A DNA stretch of 64,000 nucleotides from an uncultured Clostridium sp. (GTDB taxonomy: Bacteria > Bacillota > Clostridia > TANB77 > CAG-508), in contig CAMMHE010000003.1 of assembly GCA_946496575.1 (NCBI GenBank), positions 5,465 through 69,464 on the forward strand, given 5' to 3'. Both the position numbers and the translations under genes were made by a program. This document shows, piece by piece, positions 48,584-59,140 of the stretch (positions within the stretch are counted from its first letter, which is position 1; every line of letters starts with the position of its first letter). The notes under the pieces were generated by a model. The model was not told the DNA's origin. It searched no databases and was given only the letters and a program-made list of their open reading frames with translations.

Positions 48584-49273
48584 ATGAAAATTTTAAGTTT
48601 AGATACTTCTAGTAATATTTGTACAGTATCAATTCTTGAAGATACGATTTTATTAAAAGAGAATATTTTATATGATTCAAAGAATCATTCTCAAAAAATT
48701 ATGCCAATTATAGCTCTAACTTTATCTGAGACTAATTTAGAGTTAAAAGATATAGATTTAATAGTGTGTAGTAAAGGTCCAGGATCTTTTACAGGAATTA
48801 GAATTGGGATTGCAACTATTATGTCTTTTATAGATAGTTTGAAAATTAATTCAATTGGAATAAGTTCACTTGAATCTTTAATGTATAATGTTATACTAAA
48901 TGAAAGTCAGAAATTAAATTATAAATATATTTGTTCTTTGATTGATGCTAAAAATGATAATGTATATTTTGAACTTTTTTCTGGTTTAAATAGTAAAAGT
49001 ATTATACCAGCAGATTGTAAAAATATAAATGATCTAGTACAAATTTTAAAAGATTATTCAGATGAAATTTGTTTTGTTGGAGATGGTTCTATTAATTATA
49101 ATAATATTTTAAAGTCTAGTCTGTCTAATGCAATATTTTCTCAACATAACAATATTAGCAGTTTTTCTTTAGGCATTGCAGGTTTTAATGCTTATAATTC
49201 TGGTAGAAGAGATAATATCTTACCTTTATATTTACGTAAATCACAAGCAGAACGTCTAAAAAAGAACCAATAA
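48584..49273 (+). CDS. tsaB: tRNA t6A biosynthesis protein TsaB
   Basis: MKILSLDTSS..., GPGSFTGIRIGIAT. Adjacent to rimI. Confidence 0.8.
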   Translation: MKILSLDTSSNICTVSILEDTILLKENILYDSKNHSQKIMPIIALTLSETNLELKDIDLIVCSKGPGSFTGIRIGIATIMSFIDSLKINSIGISSLESLMYNVILNESQKLNYKYICSLIDAKNDNVYFELFSGLNSKSIIPADCKNINDLVQILKDYSDEICFVGDGSINYNNILKSSLSNAIFSQHNNISSFSLGIAGFNAYNSGRRDNILPLYLRKSQAERLKKNQ

Positions 49274-49291
49274 TTTAATGAAAGGATTTAT

Positions 49292-49756
49292 ATGGAAAAA
49301 TTCAAAAATATTGCTGATAAAATTTCAATACAACCTATGACAATTTCTGATCTAGAATCAATTTTTACTACTTTGGAAACAGATTTTGATAATTTTTGGA
49401 ATTATAATATTTTAAAAAGTGAATTAGAAAATTGCAATTCAAAATATTGGGTTGCAAAGTTAAATAATAAAATAGTAGGTTTTGCGGGTATTATTCCAAT
49501 TTTAGATGAAGCTGATATTACTAATATTGTAGTTCATAAAGATTTTAGAAACCAAAAGATTGGTTCTTTGTTATTAGAAAATTTAATTTCTATGGCACAT
49601 ATACTTAATATAAAATTGATAAATTTAGAAGTTCGTAGATCTAATATACCAGCAATTAATTTGTATAAAAAATATGGATTTACAATTTGTGGATGTAGGA
49701 AAAAATATTATCATAATTCTGAAGATGCTATTTTAATGCAAAAACAAATTATTTAG
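49292..49756 (+). CDS. rimI: ribosomal-protein-alanine N-acetyltransferase
   Basis: GNAT motif FRNQKIGSLLLENLI and EVRRSNIPAINLYKKYGF. The tsaB-rimI context is conserved. Confidence 0.8.
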   Translation: MEKFKNIADKISIQPMTISDLESIFTTLETDFDNFWNYNILKSELENCNSKYWVAKLNNKIVGFAGIIPILDEADITNIVVHKDFRNQKIGSLLLENLISMAHILNIKLINLEVRRSNIPAINLYKKYGFTICGCRKKYYHNSEDAILMQKQII

Positions 49757-49839
49757 AATTATAAAAAAGAATCCAAATACAGTAAAATGGCACAATGTTA
49801 ACATTCTACAAACTTTAGATTCTTTTTATTATGTTTAAA

Positions 49840-51576
49840 TTATTTATTAATTTCTTGTTCAATTACCGCCCAAGTTTCATCTAATTCTCTATCTTTTTCC
49901 CAAGCAGAAACACCTGCTAGATTGTATTTAGATACTAAAGACACTTTTGCTGCAATTGATTCTAAATCTTCTATCCACATTTTTTTAGTTGTTGATTTAG
50001 ATGTATATTCTATATAGTATTGTTTTAATTCTTCATCCCATGTTTTTTCTACTCCTTCTGGAATATTAGATTCAACATCTTTCATATTAACAACTTTGCT
50101 TGATACACTTCCATCAGTTGTTTCTGTCCAAATTCTTGTATAAAATGGTATTCCTAATATTATTTTTTCTGATTCTACCTCATATGTTTGAATAAATTTT
50201 TTTAAATTTGTTTCTACCCAATTATACCCTGCTGTTGTTCCAGCTTTTGTACTTGAATTACCATATTGATCATATGCCATAAATATTAAATAATCAGCTA
50301 CATTACCAAGTAAATTTCTATCATAACATAAAGACCAGTTTGGTGAACCATCTGGAGCAGTTACATCAACTGAAGTAACCATTCCTATTTCTTTCATACG
50401 TGGTACTAATTCTATTATAAATCTTGAAAATACATCTTTATCTTTTTCATACATATTTTCAAAATCTATGTTTATTCCATCTAATTTATATTCTACACTT
50501 ACATTTATAATATTTTCTATTAGTTTCTGTCTTGCCTCATAATCGTTTAATATATTTGAAGTAACTTTTATTCCCGCTTCTGAATTTGATACCATAGGCC
50601 AAACTTTATAGCCATTATCATGTGCCCATTCAATATATTGTTTACCTGATTTTCCTACCTTTTCTTCAAAATTCCCTTTTGAATCAATATAGAAAAATGA
50701 TGGTGATACAACATTTACTCCTTCTATTTGTTCCCCTTCTCTATTTGGAGCAGAGGCATATTCTGAATAGTAATCCCAAAACATATTTATTTTTCCTGAT
50801 ATTTGAGGCTCTTCTTGTAATTCTTCTCTTATTGTTATTTTATTAACTAAATTGTTTGTTTTCACAAATCCAATTTTTCCATTTTCAGTTCTTACCTTTG
50901 ACCAACCATTTTCATTATCTGAAATTATTATTACCATATCACCTTTTTGTAATTTTTCTACTGTTCGTGATAAAATTCTTGAATAATTTTTCACACTTGT
51001 ATTTTTTGAAACAGCTGCTTTTACTTGTCCTCTTTCTAAAGAATCTATGGTTACTGTATCAGTGCTTTCTATATATTCTATCTCAATATCATATACATCT
51101 GTCATTTCTGATATTGGTAAAAATGTTTCATCATTTTCTTTAATTGCTGTTGCAGATATCTTTTTGTCAGAACCATTTATATTTATTAATTCTTCTTCAT
51201 ATCCTATTGTAGCGACTTTCTTATTATATGTGGTTATTATTTTATTTATTTGTTCTTCTTCATAAATGTAATTATCAAAAAAATTTCTTAAATCTTTTAA
51301 TGATATATATATATCATTATCTCTCAATATTAAGTTTTCTTTTAATCTTGATGTAACATTTCTATTATTAATGATTAAATTTGTTGTACCAGTAATATCA
51401 TCTTTTACATAATATTTTGATGTATTAAGAACAAATATAACTATTCCTAATAATATTACTACTATTATTAGTCTTTTTATTGTAGAAAAAAAACTTTTTT
51501 TTGTTTCATTTTTTTCTTGTTTTATTCTTTTCCCTTTTTTATTATTGTTTATATTTTGATTGTCTTTAGCTTCCAT
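49840..51576 (-). CDS. GH18 family peptidoglycan/chitin hydrolase-like protein with SH3b domain (YaaH/YdhD-like)
   Basis: Catalytic DGINIDFE motif, SH3-like ...GWSKVRTENGKIGFV, N-terminal TM. Confidence 0.75.
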   Translation of the reverse strand: MEAKDNQNINNNKKGKRIKQEKNETKKSFFSTIKRLIIVVILLGIVIFVLNTSKYYVKDDITGTTNLIINNRNVTSRLKENLILRDNDIYISLKDLRNFFDNYIYEEEQINKIITTYNKKVATIGYEEELININGSDKKISATAIKENDETFLPISEMTDVYDIEIEYIESTDTVTIDSLERGQVKAAVSKNTSVKNYSRILSRTVEKLQKGDMVIIISDNENGWSKVRTENGKIGFVKTNNLVNKITIREELQEEPQISGKINMFWDYYSEYASAPNREGEQIEGVNVVSPSFFYIDSKGNFEEKVGKSGKQYIEWAHDNGYKVWPMVSNSEAGIKVTSNILNDYEARQKLIENIINVSVEYKLDGINIDFENMYEKDKDVFSRFIIELVPRMKEIGMVTSVDVTAPDGSPNWSLCYDRNLLGNVADYLIFMAYDQYGNSSTKAGTTAGYNWVETNLKKFIQTYEVESEKIILGIPFYTRIWTETTDGSVSSKVVNMKDVESNIPEGVEKTWDEELKQYYIEYTSKSTTKKMWIEDLESIAAKVSLVSKYNLAGVSAWEKDRELDETWAVIEQEINK

Positions 51577-51605
51577 AAATACTATATTTCCTCCTAGTTA
51601 TATTA

Positions 51606-52127
51606 TTATGCTTTTTTATCATTGCTATTTGGGTTAATATATTCTAATGTTCCCTCAACTATTTTATCTATAAATACTACTCCATTTAAATGGTCAATTT
51701 CATGGCTTATTACTTGTGCTAGTAATTCTTTTCCTTTTATTTTTCTTAATTTTCCATCTCTATCTAGTGCTTCTATTACAATTTCTGATGGTCTTATTAC
51801 TTTAGCAAATTTATTAGGAAAACTTAAACATCCTTCTTCTACTTCTTGCTCCCCTTTTTCTTTTAAGATTTTAGGATTTATTAATATAAGTGGCTTATCT
51901 CCATCTTCAATATCTATTACTATTATTTGTTTTAATACTCCCACTTGAACTGCAGCTAATCCCACTCCATTTGCTTTGTACATCGTTTCTAACATATCAT
52001 CTATCAGTTCTTGAATTTTTTCGTTTACTTCCTCAACTTCTCTAGATTTCTTTTTTAATATTTCGTCTCCCTCTTCTCTTATTTTTCTTATTGCCAAATT
52101 TATTCCCCCCTTCTTTATATGGTTCAT
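51606..52127 (-). CDS. def: peptide deformylase
   Basis: GVGLAAVQVG, EGCLSFP and HEIDHLNG motifs. The true start may be the TTG at 52097 (L-AIRKI), which has RBS ggggga. Confidence 0.9.
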   Translation of the reverse strand: MNHIKKGGINLAIRKIREEGDEILKKKSREVEEVNEKIQELIDDMLETMYKANGVGLAAVQVGVLKQIIVIDIEDGDKPLILINPKILKEKGEQEVEEGCLSFPNKFAKVIRPSEIVIEALDRDGKLRKIKGKELLAQVISHEIDHLNGVVFIDKIVEGTLEYINPNSNDKKA

Positions 52128-52140
52128 AAAGATTTATATT

Positions 52141-54369
52141 TTATATCATACTATTTGGATTTATATCTGCCCATATTCTTGTATTCTTTATATTCTTTTT
52201 TACATATATTTCTGCTAAACATTCATTTATATCATCATATGCTTGCCTTGTCATTTTCCCTTTTATGATCATTCTCCATCTGATTTTATTTTGTATTTTG
52301 TCTATTGGTGATGGCATTGGTTTAAAAATATCAAATTTTTGCCTGTCCATTTTATTGACAAGATTGTTATATACATAATTACTTATTGATAATAATTCTT
52401 TTTCATTTGTTCCTATAAAACCAATTATAATTATATCGCAAAATGGTGGATATTTCAACTGTTTTCTTAAAGCAATTTCTATATTATAGAATTCGTCATA
52501 GTTTTGCTTTTTTGCTAAATCTATACTAAAATTTTCAGGATTATATGTTTGTATTATCACTTTTCCAGGTAATTTTTCTCTTCCAGCTCTTCCTGCTACT
52601 TGAGTTAAAATTTGAAATGTCCTTTCATTAGCTCTATAATCATCAATATTTAAGGTTGTATCTGCTGCAATTACTCCTACTAATGTTACATTAGGAAAAT
52701 GATGTCCTTTTACTATCATTTGAGTTCCTATTAATATGTCTATTTTATCATCTTTGAATTTGTTTAATATATGTTCATGTGAATTTTTTTTTGTTACTGT
52801 ATCTACATCCATTCTAATTGTTGAAGCTTCTGGAAATATTTTATGTATTTCTTCTTCTAATTTTTGCGTTCCGGCTCCAAAATATCTTATTTTGTTACTT
52901 TTACAATTTGGGCAAGTTGTCAATACTTCTTGTTCGAAACCGCAATAATGGCATTTTAATTTGTTTTCAAATCTATGATATGTCATACTTATATTGCAAT
53001 TTTTGCATTTTACAGTATACCCACATTCTCTACACATTATAAATGTAGAGAATCCTCTTCTATTTAAAAACAGAATTGTCTGTTTTTTTTCTTTTAGGTT
53101 TTTTTCTACTTCTTCCTTTAAGTTTATGCTTAACATTGATCTATTACCTTTTGCTAATTCCTGTTTTAAATCTATTATTTCTACTTTCGGAAGATTAGAA
53201 TTATTTGCTCTTTTTGTTAGTTTTAACATTGTTATTTTCTTGTTAACAGCATTGTAATATGTATTTATATCTGGAGTTGCACTTCCTAAAACTACAGGAA
53301 ATTTATTTTGTTTTCCTAAAATATTAGCTATTTCTTTTGTATCATATCTTGGGCTTGATTCTGATTTATATGAACTATCATGTTCTTCATCTATAATTAC
53401 TATTCCTATATTATCAGTTGGTGCAAATATTGCTGATCTGGCTCCAATTATTATTTTTGCCTTTTTATCTTTTATTTTGTTCCATTCATCAAATCTTTCA
53501 CCTATAGATAGTTTACTATGCAATACTGCTATTTGTTGTTTTCCAAATCTTGCTATAAATCTATTTATTGTTTGTGGTGTTAATGAAATTTCTGGTACTA
53601 ACATTATTGATGTCTTTTGTTTTTCTAATACTTTTTCTATTAGTTGTAAATATATCTCTGTTTTACCAGAGCCTGTGACTCCATATAATAAAAATTCTTC
53701 ATATCTGTTTTCTTGTATTGCTAAATTTACTTTATTAAATGCGTCTTTTTGCTCATCATTTAATTGTAATTTTATAGTTTTTTCTATTTGCTTGTTTTGA
53801 AGTGGATTTCTATCTATTTTTTTTTCAACAAACTCTAAATATCCTTTTTTCTCAAGTGTGTTAAGTATTGCTTTTGAACAATCTGTAAACATTTCTACTT
53901 CTGCTACTGTTGCCCCTTCATTTTCTTTTAAAAATTCCAAAACTCTTCTTTGTTTTTCCGATTTTATTTTACCTAATTGTATTTCTAATTTTATTTCGTC
54001 TATATTCTTTTTTAAATATATTATATTTATTATTTTTTCTTTTATTTTGTTTTTTTGCTTACTTCCCGGTGCTGACATCAATTTTATACATTCTGACACA
54101 TTGCAGAAGTATTTTTTTGACATCCATTTTGCAAGTCTTATTTGCATATCTGTTAAATTATGCTTTATATTCACTATGTCTTTTACATCATATTCTGATT
54201 TTTCTTTTATTCCTACAACATATGCTTCTTCTAAATTCTTCATTTTTCCAAATGGCACTAATACTGTACTTCCAATTATAACTAATCCTTCTAATTTTTT
54301 TGGAATATTGTAGTCGAATGTTCTGTTCAGGCTTTTAGCCTTTGTATCAATTATTACTTCTGCTATCAT
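52141..54369 (-). CDS. priA: primosomal protein N' (replication restart helicase)
   Basis: Walker A GVTGSGKTE, DEEHD box, a four-Cys zinc cluster (CRECG...CKNC...CHYCG...CPNC). Start set at MIAEVIID. Confidence 0.9.
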   Translation of the reverse strand: MIAEVIIDTKAKSLNRTFDYNIPKKLEGLVIIGSTVLVPFGKMKNLEEAYVVGIKEKSEYDVKDIVNIKHNLTDMQIRLAKWMSKKYFCNVSECIKLMSAPGSKQKNKIKEKIINIIYLKKNIDEIKLEIQLGKIKSEKQRRVLEFLKENEGATVAEVEMFTDCSKAILNTLEKKGYLEFVEKKIDRNPLQNKQIEKTIKLQLNDEQKDAFNKVNLAIQENRYEEFLLYGVTGSGKTEIYLQLIEKVLEKQKTSIMLVPEISLTPQTINRFIARFGKQQIAVLHSKLSIGERFDEWNKIKDKKAKIIIGARSAIFAPTDNIGIVIIDEEHDSSYKSESSPRYDTKEIANILGKQNKFPVVLGSATPDINTYYNAVNKKITMLKLTKRANNSNLPKVEIIDLKQELAKGNRSMLSINLKEEVEKNLKEKKQTILFLNRRGFSTFIMCRECGYTVKCKNCNISMTYHRFENKLKCHYCGFEQEVLTTCPNCKSNKIRYFGAGTQKLEEEIHKIFPEASTIRMDVDTVTKKNSHEHILNKFKDDKIDILIGTQMIVKGHHFPNVTLVGVIAADTTLNIDDYRANERTFQILTQVAGRAGREKLPGKVIIQTYNPENFSIDLAKKQNYDEFYNIEIALRKQLKYPPFCDIIIIGFIGTNEKELLSISNYVYNNLVNKMDRQKFDIFKPMPSPIDKIQNKIRWRMIIKGKMTRQAYDDINECLAEIYVKKNIKNTRIWADINPNSMI

Positions 54370-54463
54370 TTTATTTCCTTTCATTTTTTGATATTTTATC
54401 ATTATATTATTAAAATTGCAAAGCATTTTTATGTATAAAAAAATATGACCTATTCAGTCATAT

Positions 54464-55039
54464 TTAATTTTTTAACCATTTCATATATTCATTTATTATT
54501 ACATCCGCCGCTTGTTCTGGCGTAATATTTGTTGTATCAACAACTAGATCATAATTAGATATATCTTCCTTATGTACACGATATAATTTCCAGTATCTTT
54601 CATTTTCTAAATTAAATCTTTTTATCAGATCTTTCTTATGATCTTCTAAAGTTAGAAAATTTTCTACATTTTTTCTATTTGCATCATTAAATGCCCTTTT
54701 TGCTGCTTCATCTATATCAACTTTTAAATACACTTTAAAAGATTCTGGCACTGCATACCACCCTAATCTAGCATCTATTATAAAATTGTCATGTTCTTTA
54801 GCATATTCAGAAGCACTTTTTTCTATTTGCATATCTATTTCTGGATGATTCCCTAAATATTCATTAAAACTTGTGATATCCATTCCCATTTCTTTTGCAA
54901 GTTTTCTTACATATTCTCCATTTCTATATACCCCATAATTTAATTTTTGAATTAGAATTACTGAAATAGTTCCTTTACCAGAAGCCAAATCTCCTGCTAA
55001 TGATATTATGTTTTTTTTATTTTTCATTTTTATCTCCAT
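54464..55039 (-). CDS. cytidylate-kinase-like family P-loop protein
   Basis: P-loop-like LAGDLASGKGT and general similarity to the Cytidylate_kin2 type. It is not guanylate kinase. Confidence 0.5.
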   Translation of the reverse strand: MEIKMKNKKNIISLAGDLASGKGTISVILIQKLNYGVYRNGEYVRKLAKEMGMDITSFNEYLGNHPEIDMQIEKSASEYAKEHDNFIIDARLGWYAVPESFKVYLKVDIDEAAKRAFNDANRKNVENFLTLEDHKKDLIKRFNLENERYWKLYRVHKEDISNYDLVVDTTNITPEQAADVIINEYMKWLKN

Positions 55040-55235
55040 TTTCTTCTCTAATTATTTCAACCTTTCCTTCTGCTATTTCATTTGCTGCTAATGTAACTGG
55101 TGATACTTCATTAACATCTGTTAAAGGTTTATCTCCATTTGCTATTTGTCTTGCTCTTTTTGATGTTGCAATTACTAATTCATATCTATTTTTAGCTTTT
55201 GTCAATAATTCTGTTACACTTGGTTTTACCATCAT
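55017..55235 (-). CDS. rpoZ: DNA-directed RNA polymerase subunit omega
   Basis: PSVTELLTKAKNRYELVIATSKRARQI pattern; 72 aa; remA/priA neighbourhood. Confidence 0.8.
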   Translation of the reverse strand: MMVKPSVTELLTKAKNRYELVIATSKRARQIANGDKPLTDVNEVSPVTLAANEIAEGKVEIIREENGDKNEK

Positions 55236-55266
55236 AGCTAATCATCCCCTTTTTTATATACTATAA

Positions 55267-55521
55267 TTATTCTTCTTCTTCAGATATGTTTTTATCTATT
55301 CTTCCTGCAACTGTTTCTGGTTGTACAGCTGATAAAATAACATTTCCTGAATCCATTATTAATACAGCCCTAGTTCTTCTTCCACAAGTGGCATCAACTG
55401 CTATCTTATTATCTTTTGCCTCTTGCACCATTCTCTTTATTGGTGCTGATTCTGGACTTACTATCGCAATTATACGATCTGCAGAAACTATGTTTCCAAA
55501 TCCAATATTTACTAATTGCAT
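55267..55521 (-). CDS. remA: extracellular matrix/biofilm regulator RemA (DUF370)
   Basis: [36 protein letters not shown]...[23 protein letters not shown]. Confidence 0.85.
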   Translation of the reverse strand: MQLVNIGFGNIVSADRIIAIVSPESAPIKRMVQEAKDNKIAVDATCGRRTRAVLIMDSGNVILSAVQPETVAGRIDKNISEEEE

Positions 55522-55566
55522 AATATTTCCTCCATTCATTTATTTTTTATGCTTTTTATTATTTTA

Positions 55567-56076
55567 CTACTTTTTTCTCTTTTTAGCAACCTTTTTTATA
55601 GGTTTTTCTTCTTTTACTATTTCTTCTATATCTGAAGTCTTTTTTATTTCTTCTCTGTTCTCTTTAGTTCGTATTATTATTGATTTGAAACAATAATATA
55701 TTGGCCATATATATGAAGTAGCTGTAATATATAATATTTTGTTAAAGCTAAATAAATTTGTAATTCTTTCTATTAGCAAAATATGTATTGCTAATACTAA
55801 AAATTCTATTCCATAAATTGCAGTAATTCCATTATCTTTTTTATATGCTACTTCAAATATTAATATTGCTATGAATACAAATATAGTATACGAAATTTTT
55901 ATATAAATGTCAGCTATATCTGGTGTACATAATATATTGTTTATATTTAAACTTATAAAATATAATTGGATTACTACCGCATATAATATATTTATAAATA
56001 TATCTATATTACATTTTTTATTTATTATATTTGTCTTTTCTTTTGATTTTTTATTTTTCATGAATTTTCTCCTCAT
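55567..56076 (-). CDS. hypothetical membrane protein
   Basis: Four predicted TM helices and Lys-rich termini. Confidence 0.35.
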   Translation of the reverse strand: MRRKFMKNKKSKEKTNIINKKCNIDIFINILYAVVIQLYFISLNINNILCTPDIADIYIKISYTIFVFIAILIFEVAYKKDNGITAIYGIEFLVLAIHILLIERITNLFSFNKILYITATSYIWPIYYCFKSIIIRTKENREEIKKTSDIEEIVKEEKPIKKVAKKRKK

Positions 56077-56105
56077 TTTATATTCTCTTGCTTTTTATTA
56101 TATTT

Positions 56106-56864
56106 TCATTCAAGTTCATACATTATTATACTTAATATATTTAATGCAACTGTTTCTGTTCTTAAAGTTCTATTTCCTAATGTGATACTTTTTGCTCCAT
56201 TTCTTGTTAGTATTTCCATTTCTTCAGGTGCTATACCTCCTTCTGGTCCTATAATTACTGCTATCTTTAAATTATATTCTTTTTTAAATTCCATATTTTC
56301 TTTTAATAATTTTATTTGATCTTTTAGTTTGTTATTTTTTTCATTTTCATATGCCAACAATATTATATCATAATTTTCAAATTGTTCCACTATTTTATTT
56401 ATATTAGATATAATATTTATTTTTGGAATTATATTTCTTTCAGATTGTTTTGCTGCTACTTCTGAAATTTTTTGCCATCTTTGTACCTTTTTTTCTTCTT
56501 CTTTTTGATTTAATTTTACTACACACCTTGACATATTTATTGGTGTTATTTCTGCCACACCTAATTCTACTGATTTTTGAATTATGAATTCCATTTTATC
56601 TGATTTTGGAAGTCCTTGGTAAATATGTACATAAGTTTTAGGTTCTTGATTTGATACTGTTTTTTCTATTATACTGCATAAAATTTTTTGTTTTTCTACT
56701 TCTTCTATTTTGCATAAATAATTTTGGCTATTTTTTATATTACATATTTCTAATTTATCTCCTATGTTTTTTCTTAATACATTTTTTATGTGATTTACAT
56801 CTTCACCTATTATTATTACTTTTTTATCTTGTATATTTTCTTGATTAACAAAAAATTTAGGCAT
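56106..56864 (-). CDS. rsmE: 16S rRNA (uracil1498-N3)-methyltransferase
   Basis: MPKFFVNQENI...HIKNVLR and C-terminal IGPEGGIAPEE...LGNRTLRTETV. Start set at Met23, which has RBS aaagga. Confidence 0.8.
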   Translation of the reverse strand: MPKFFVNQENIQDKKVIIIGEDVNHIKNVLRKNIGDKLEICNIKNSQNYLCKIEEVEKQKILCSIIEKTVSNQEPKTYVHIYQGLPKSDKMEFIIQKSVELGVAEITPINMSRCVVKLNQKEEEKKVQRWQKISEVAAKQSERNIIPKINIISNINKIVEQFENYDIILLAYENEKNNKLKDQIKLLKENMEFKKEYNLKIAVIIGPEGGIAPEEMEILTRNGAKSITLGNRTLRTETVALNILSIIMYELE

Positions 56865-56994
56865 TGTTTTATTCCTTTCTTTTATATAATTTGCCAATAT
56901 AATTATTGAATAAAAAAGAAATGCATTCACTTAATATGCATCTCTTTTAATGTTTTGTAGTCATGATGTAAATTCCATGCTTGTATTTATTAAA

Positions 56995-57999
56995 TTATTT
57001 AGACATAGCTTCTTCTATCGCTACTGCAACTGCTACTGTTGCACCAACCATTGGATTATTTCCCATTCCTATTAATCCCATCATTTCAACATGTGCTGGT
57101 ACTGATGAACTTCCTGCAAATTGTGCATCTGAGTGCATTCTTCCCATTGTATCTGTCATACCATATGAAGCAGGTCCAGCTGCCATATTGTCTGGATGAA
57201 GTGTTCTTCCCGTTCCACCACCTGAAGCCACTGAAAAATATTTCTTTCCTGCTTCTATTCTTTCTTTTTTGTATGTTCCTGCTACTGGATGTTGGAATCT
57301 TGTTGGGTTTGTAGAGTTTCCTGTGATAGATACATCAACATCTTCCATCCACATGATTGCTACACCTTCCCTAACATCATTTGCTCCATAGCATCTTACT
57401 TTGCTTCTTTCTCCATCTGAATATGAGATTTCTTCTAATACATTTACTTTACCAGTAAAGAAATCAAAGTCTGTTTTTACATATGTAAATCCATTTATTC
57501 TTGAAATTACTTGTGCTGCATCTTTTCCAAGTCCATTTAATATAACTCTTAATGGTTCTTTTCTTACTTTGTTTGCTGATTTTGCAATTCCAATTGCTCC
57601 TTCAGCTGCTGCAAAACTTTCGTGTCCTGCTAAAAATGCAAAACATTTTGTTTCTTCTGATAATAACATTGAACCTAAATTTCCATGTCCTAATCCTACT
57701 TTTCTGTCATCAGCAACTGACCCTGGTATACAAAAAGCTTGCAATCCTTCTCCTATTGCTTTTGCAGCATCTGCAGCTTTTGTACATCCTTTTTTGATTG
57801 CTATTGCTGCACCTAGAGTATATGCCCAAGCTGCATTTTCAAAACATATTGGTTGTACTCCTTTTACTATTTCATATGGATTAAATCCTTTGTCTGTACA
57901 TATTTTTAATGCATCTTCAAAATCTTTTATTCCGTATTTTTCCATTACTGGTTTAATTTGGTCTATTCTTCTTTCATAACTTTCAAATGTTACTGCCAT
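56995..57999 (-). CDS. GGGtGRT family protein (function unknown)
   Basis: Contains the eponymous SVASGGGTGRTLHPDN motif. Confidence 0.8.
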   Translation of the reverse strand: MAVTFESYERRIDQIKPVMEKYGIKDFEDALKICTDKGFNPYEIVKGVQPICFENAAWAYTLGAAIAIKKGCTKAADAAKAIGEGLQAFCIPGSVADDRKVGLGHGNLGSMLLSEETKCFAFLAGHESFAAAEGAIGIAKSANKVRKEPLRVILNGLGKDAAQVISRINGFTYVKTDFDFFTGKVNVLEEISYSDGERSKVRCYGANDVREGVAIMWMEDVDVSITGNSTNPTRFQHPVAGTYKKERIEAGKKYFSVASGGGTGRTLHPDNMAAGPASYGMTDTMGRMHSDAQFAGSSSVPAHVEMMGLIGMGNNPMVGATVAVAVAIEEAMSK

Positions 58000-58014
58000 T
58001 TTTATTCCTCCTTA

Positions 58015-58341
58015 TTAACATTTTTTATTACCATGCTTATATGGTCTTGTTTCATTATAGTTCATTTTTTCTAAAATAATTTTTTCCAAATCAATATTAT
58101 TTCCACCACAAAAATCGAATATTCTAATCATTACGTCTGCTAATTCTGATGGTATCCCACAAGGTTTATGACCTTCCTCATAATATGTTTGATTAATTCC
58201 TTTTCCTTGTCTATATTCTTCAAAAGCTTCTGATAATTCGCTATGCATCAATGCAATAACTTCTCCAAAGTTTTTATCCTTCTCCCAAAAACCATGTTTT
58301 ACGCTATTTTCATGTGCTCTTTTAACTAAAGCATTTATCAT
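58015..58341 (-). CDS. small MazG-like NTP pyrophosphohydrolase-fold protein
   Basis: HSELSEAFEEYR ... ELADVMIRIFD pattern (EExxE / D), typical of MazG-like all-alpha NTP-PPases. Confidence 0.45.
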   Translation of the reverse strand: MINALVKRAHENSVKHGFWEKDKNFGEVIALMHSELSEAFEEYRQGKGINQTYYEEGHKPCGIPSELADVMIRIFDFCGGNNIDLEKIILEKMNYNETRPYKHGNKKC

Positions 58342-58350
58342 ATTATTTTA

Positions 58351-59061
58351 TTATTCCTTTCTTGGATCAATTTTTTTAACTGCCTCGTTAAATCTTCCAT
58401 ATGTTCCAGAAGCTTTTTCAATTGCCTCCATTGGTTCAATTCCTTTTTTGATGTTATCCATCATTTTTCCTAAATGAACATATTTATAACCAATTATTTG
58501 GTCATCTTTGTCTAATCCAAGTTCTACTATGTATCCTTCTGCTAGATTTAAGTATCTAGGTCCTTTTAATGAACTTGAATAAATCGTTCCAACTTGGCTT
58601 ATGTGTCCTTTTCCTAAATCTTCAAGTCCTGCTCCTACTGGAAGTCCTCCTTCTGAAAATGCAGTTTGGCTTCTACCATATACTATTTGTAAGAATAATT
58701 CTCTCATAGCAGTATTTATAGCATCACATACTAAATCTGTATTTAATGCTTCTAGTATTGTTTTACCTGTTAGTATTTCTCCTGCCATTGCAGCTGAATG
58801 CGTCATTCCTGAACATCCGATTGTTTCGACTAATGCTTCTTGTATTATTCCTTCCTTTATATTTAATGTTAATTTACATGCCCCTTGCTGTGGTGCACAC
58901 CATCCAATGCCATGTGTTAATCCTGATATGTCTTTTATTTCTTTTGCTTTTACCCATTTTCCTTCTTCTGGTATTGGTGCTGGTCCATGGTCTACTCCTT
59001 TTGCAACATGGCACATTTCTTCTAATTCTTTTGAATAAATCATTTTAATTACTCCTTCCAT
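58351..59061 (-). CDS. IscU/NifU-N-like iron-sulfur scaffold homologue
   Basis: Three-Cys pattern: GWCAPQQGACKL, ETIGCSGMTHSAAMAGEILTGKTILEA (compare IscU GCGSAIASSS...GK...EA), LVCDA. Confidence 0.5.
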   Translation of the reverse strand: MEGVIKMIYSKELEEMCHVAKGVDHGPAPIPEEGKWVKAKEIKDISGLTHGIGWCAPQQGACKLTLNIKEGIIQEALVETIGCSGMTHSAAMAGEILTGKTILEALNTDLVCDAINTAMRELFLQIVYGRSQTAFSEGGLPVGAGLEDLGKGHISQVGTIYSSSLKGPRYLNLAEGYIVELGLDKDDQIIGYKYVHLGKMMDNIKKGIEPMEAIEKASGTYGRFNEAVKKIDPRKE

Positions 59062-59140
59062 TGTTTTATTTGTATCAAAACCTTTTTAGGTTAGATATTA
59101 ACTACTTATAATTACTTTGCATAAAAATGTTATTATATAG

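Noticed and set aside
54464-55039. The P-loop gene after rpoZ as guanylate kinase (gmk), which normally sits between remA and rpoZ
   Set aside because: The sequence lacks guanylate kinase motifs and resembles the cytidylate-kinase-like family. gmk appears to be elsewhere.
57401-59038. Long plus-strand ORFs (57401..57979 at 192 aa, 58601..59038 at 145 aa) and many others such as 965..1207, 30162..30602, 53858..54313 and 55286..55696
   Set aside because: They are antisense shadows of well-supported minus-strand genes. They have low-complexity Leu/Phe/Ile-rich composition, no RBS and no motifs.
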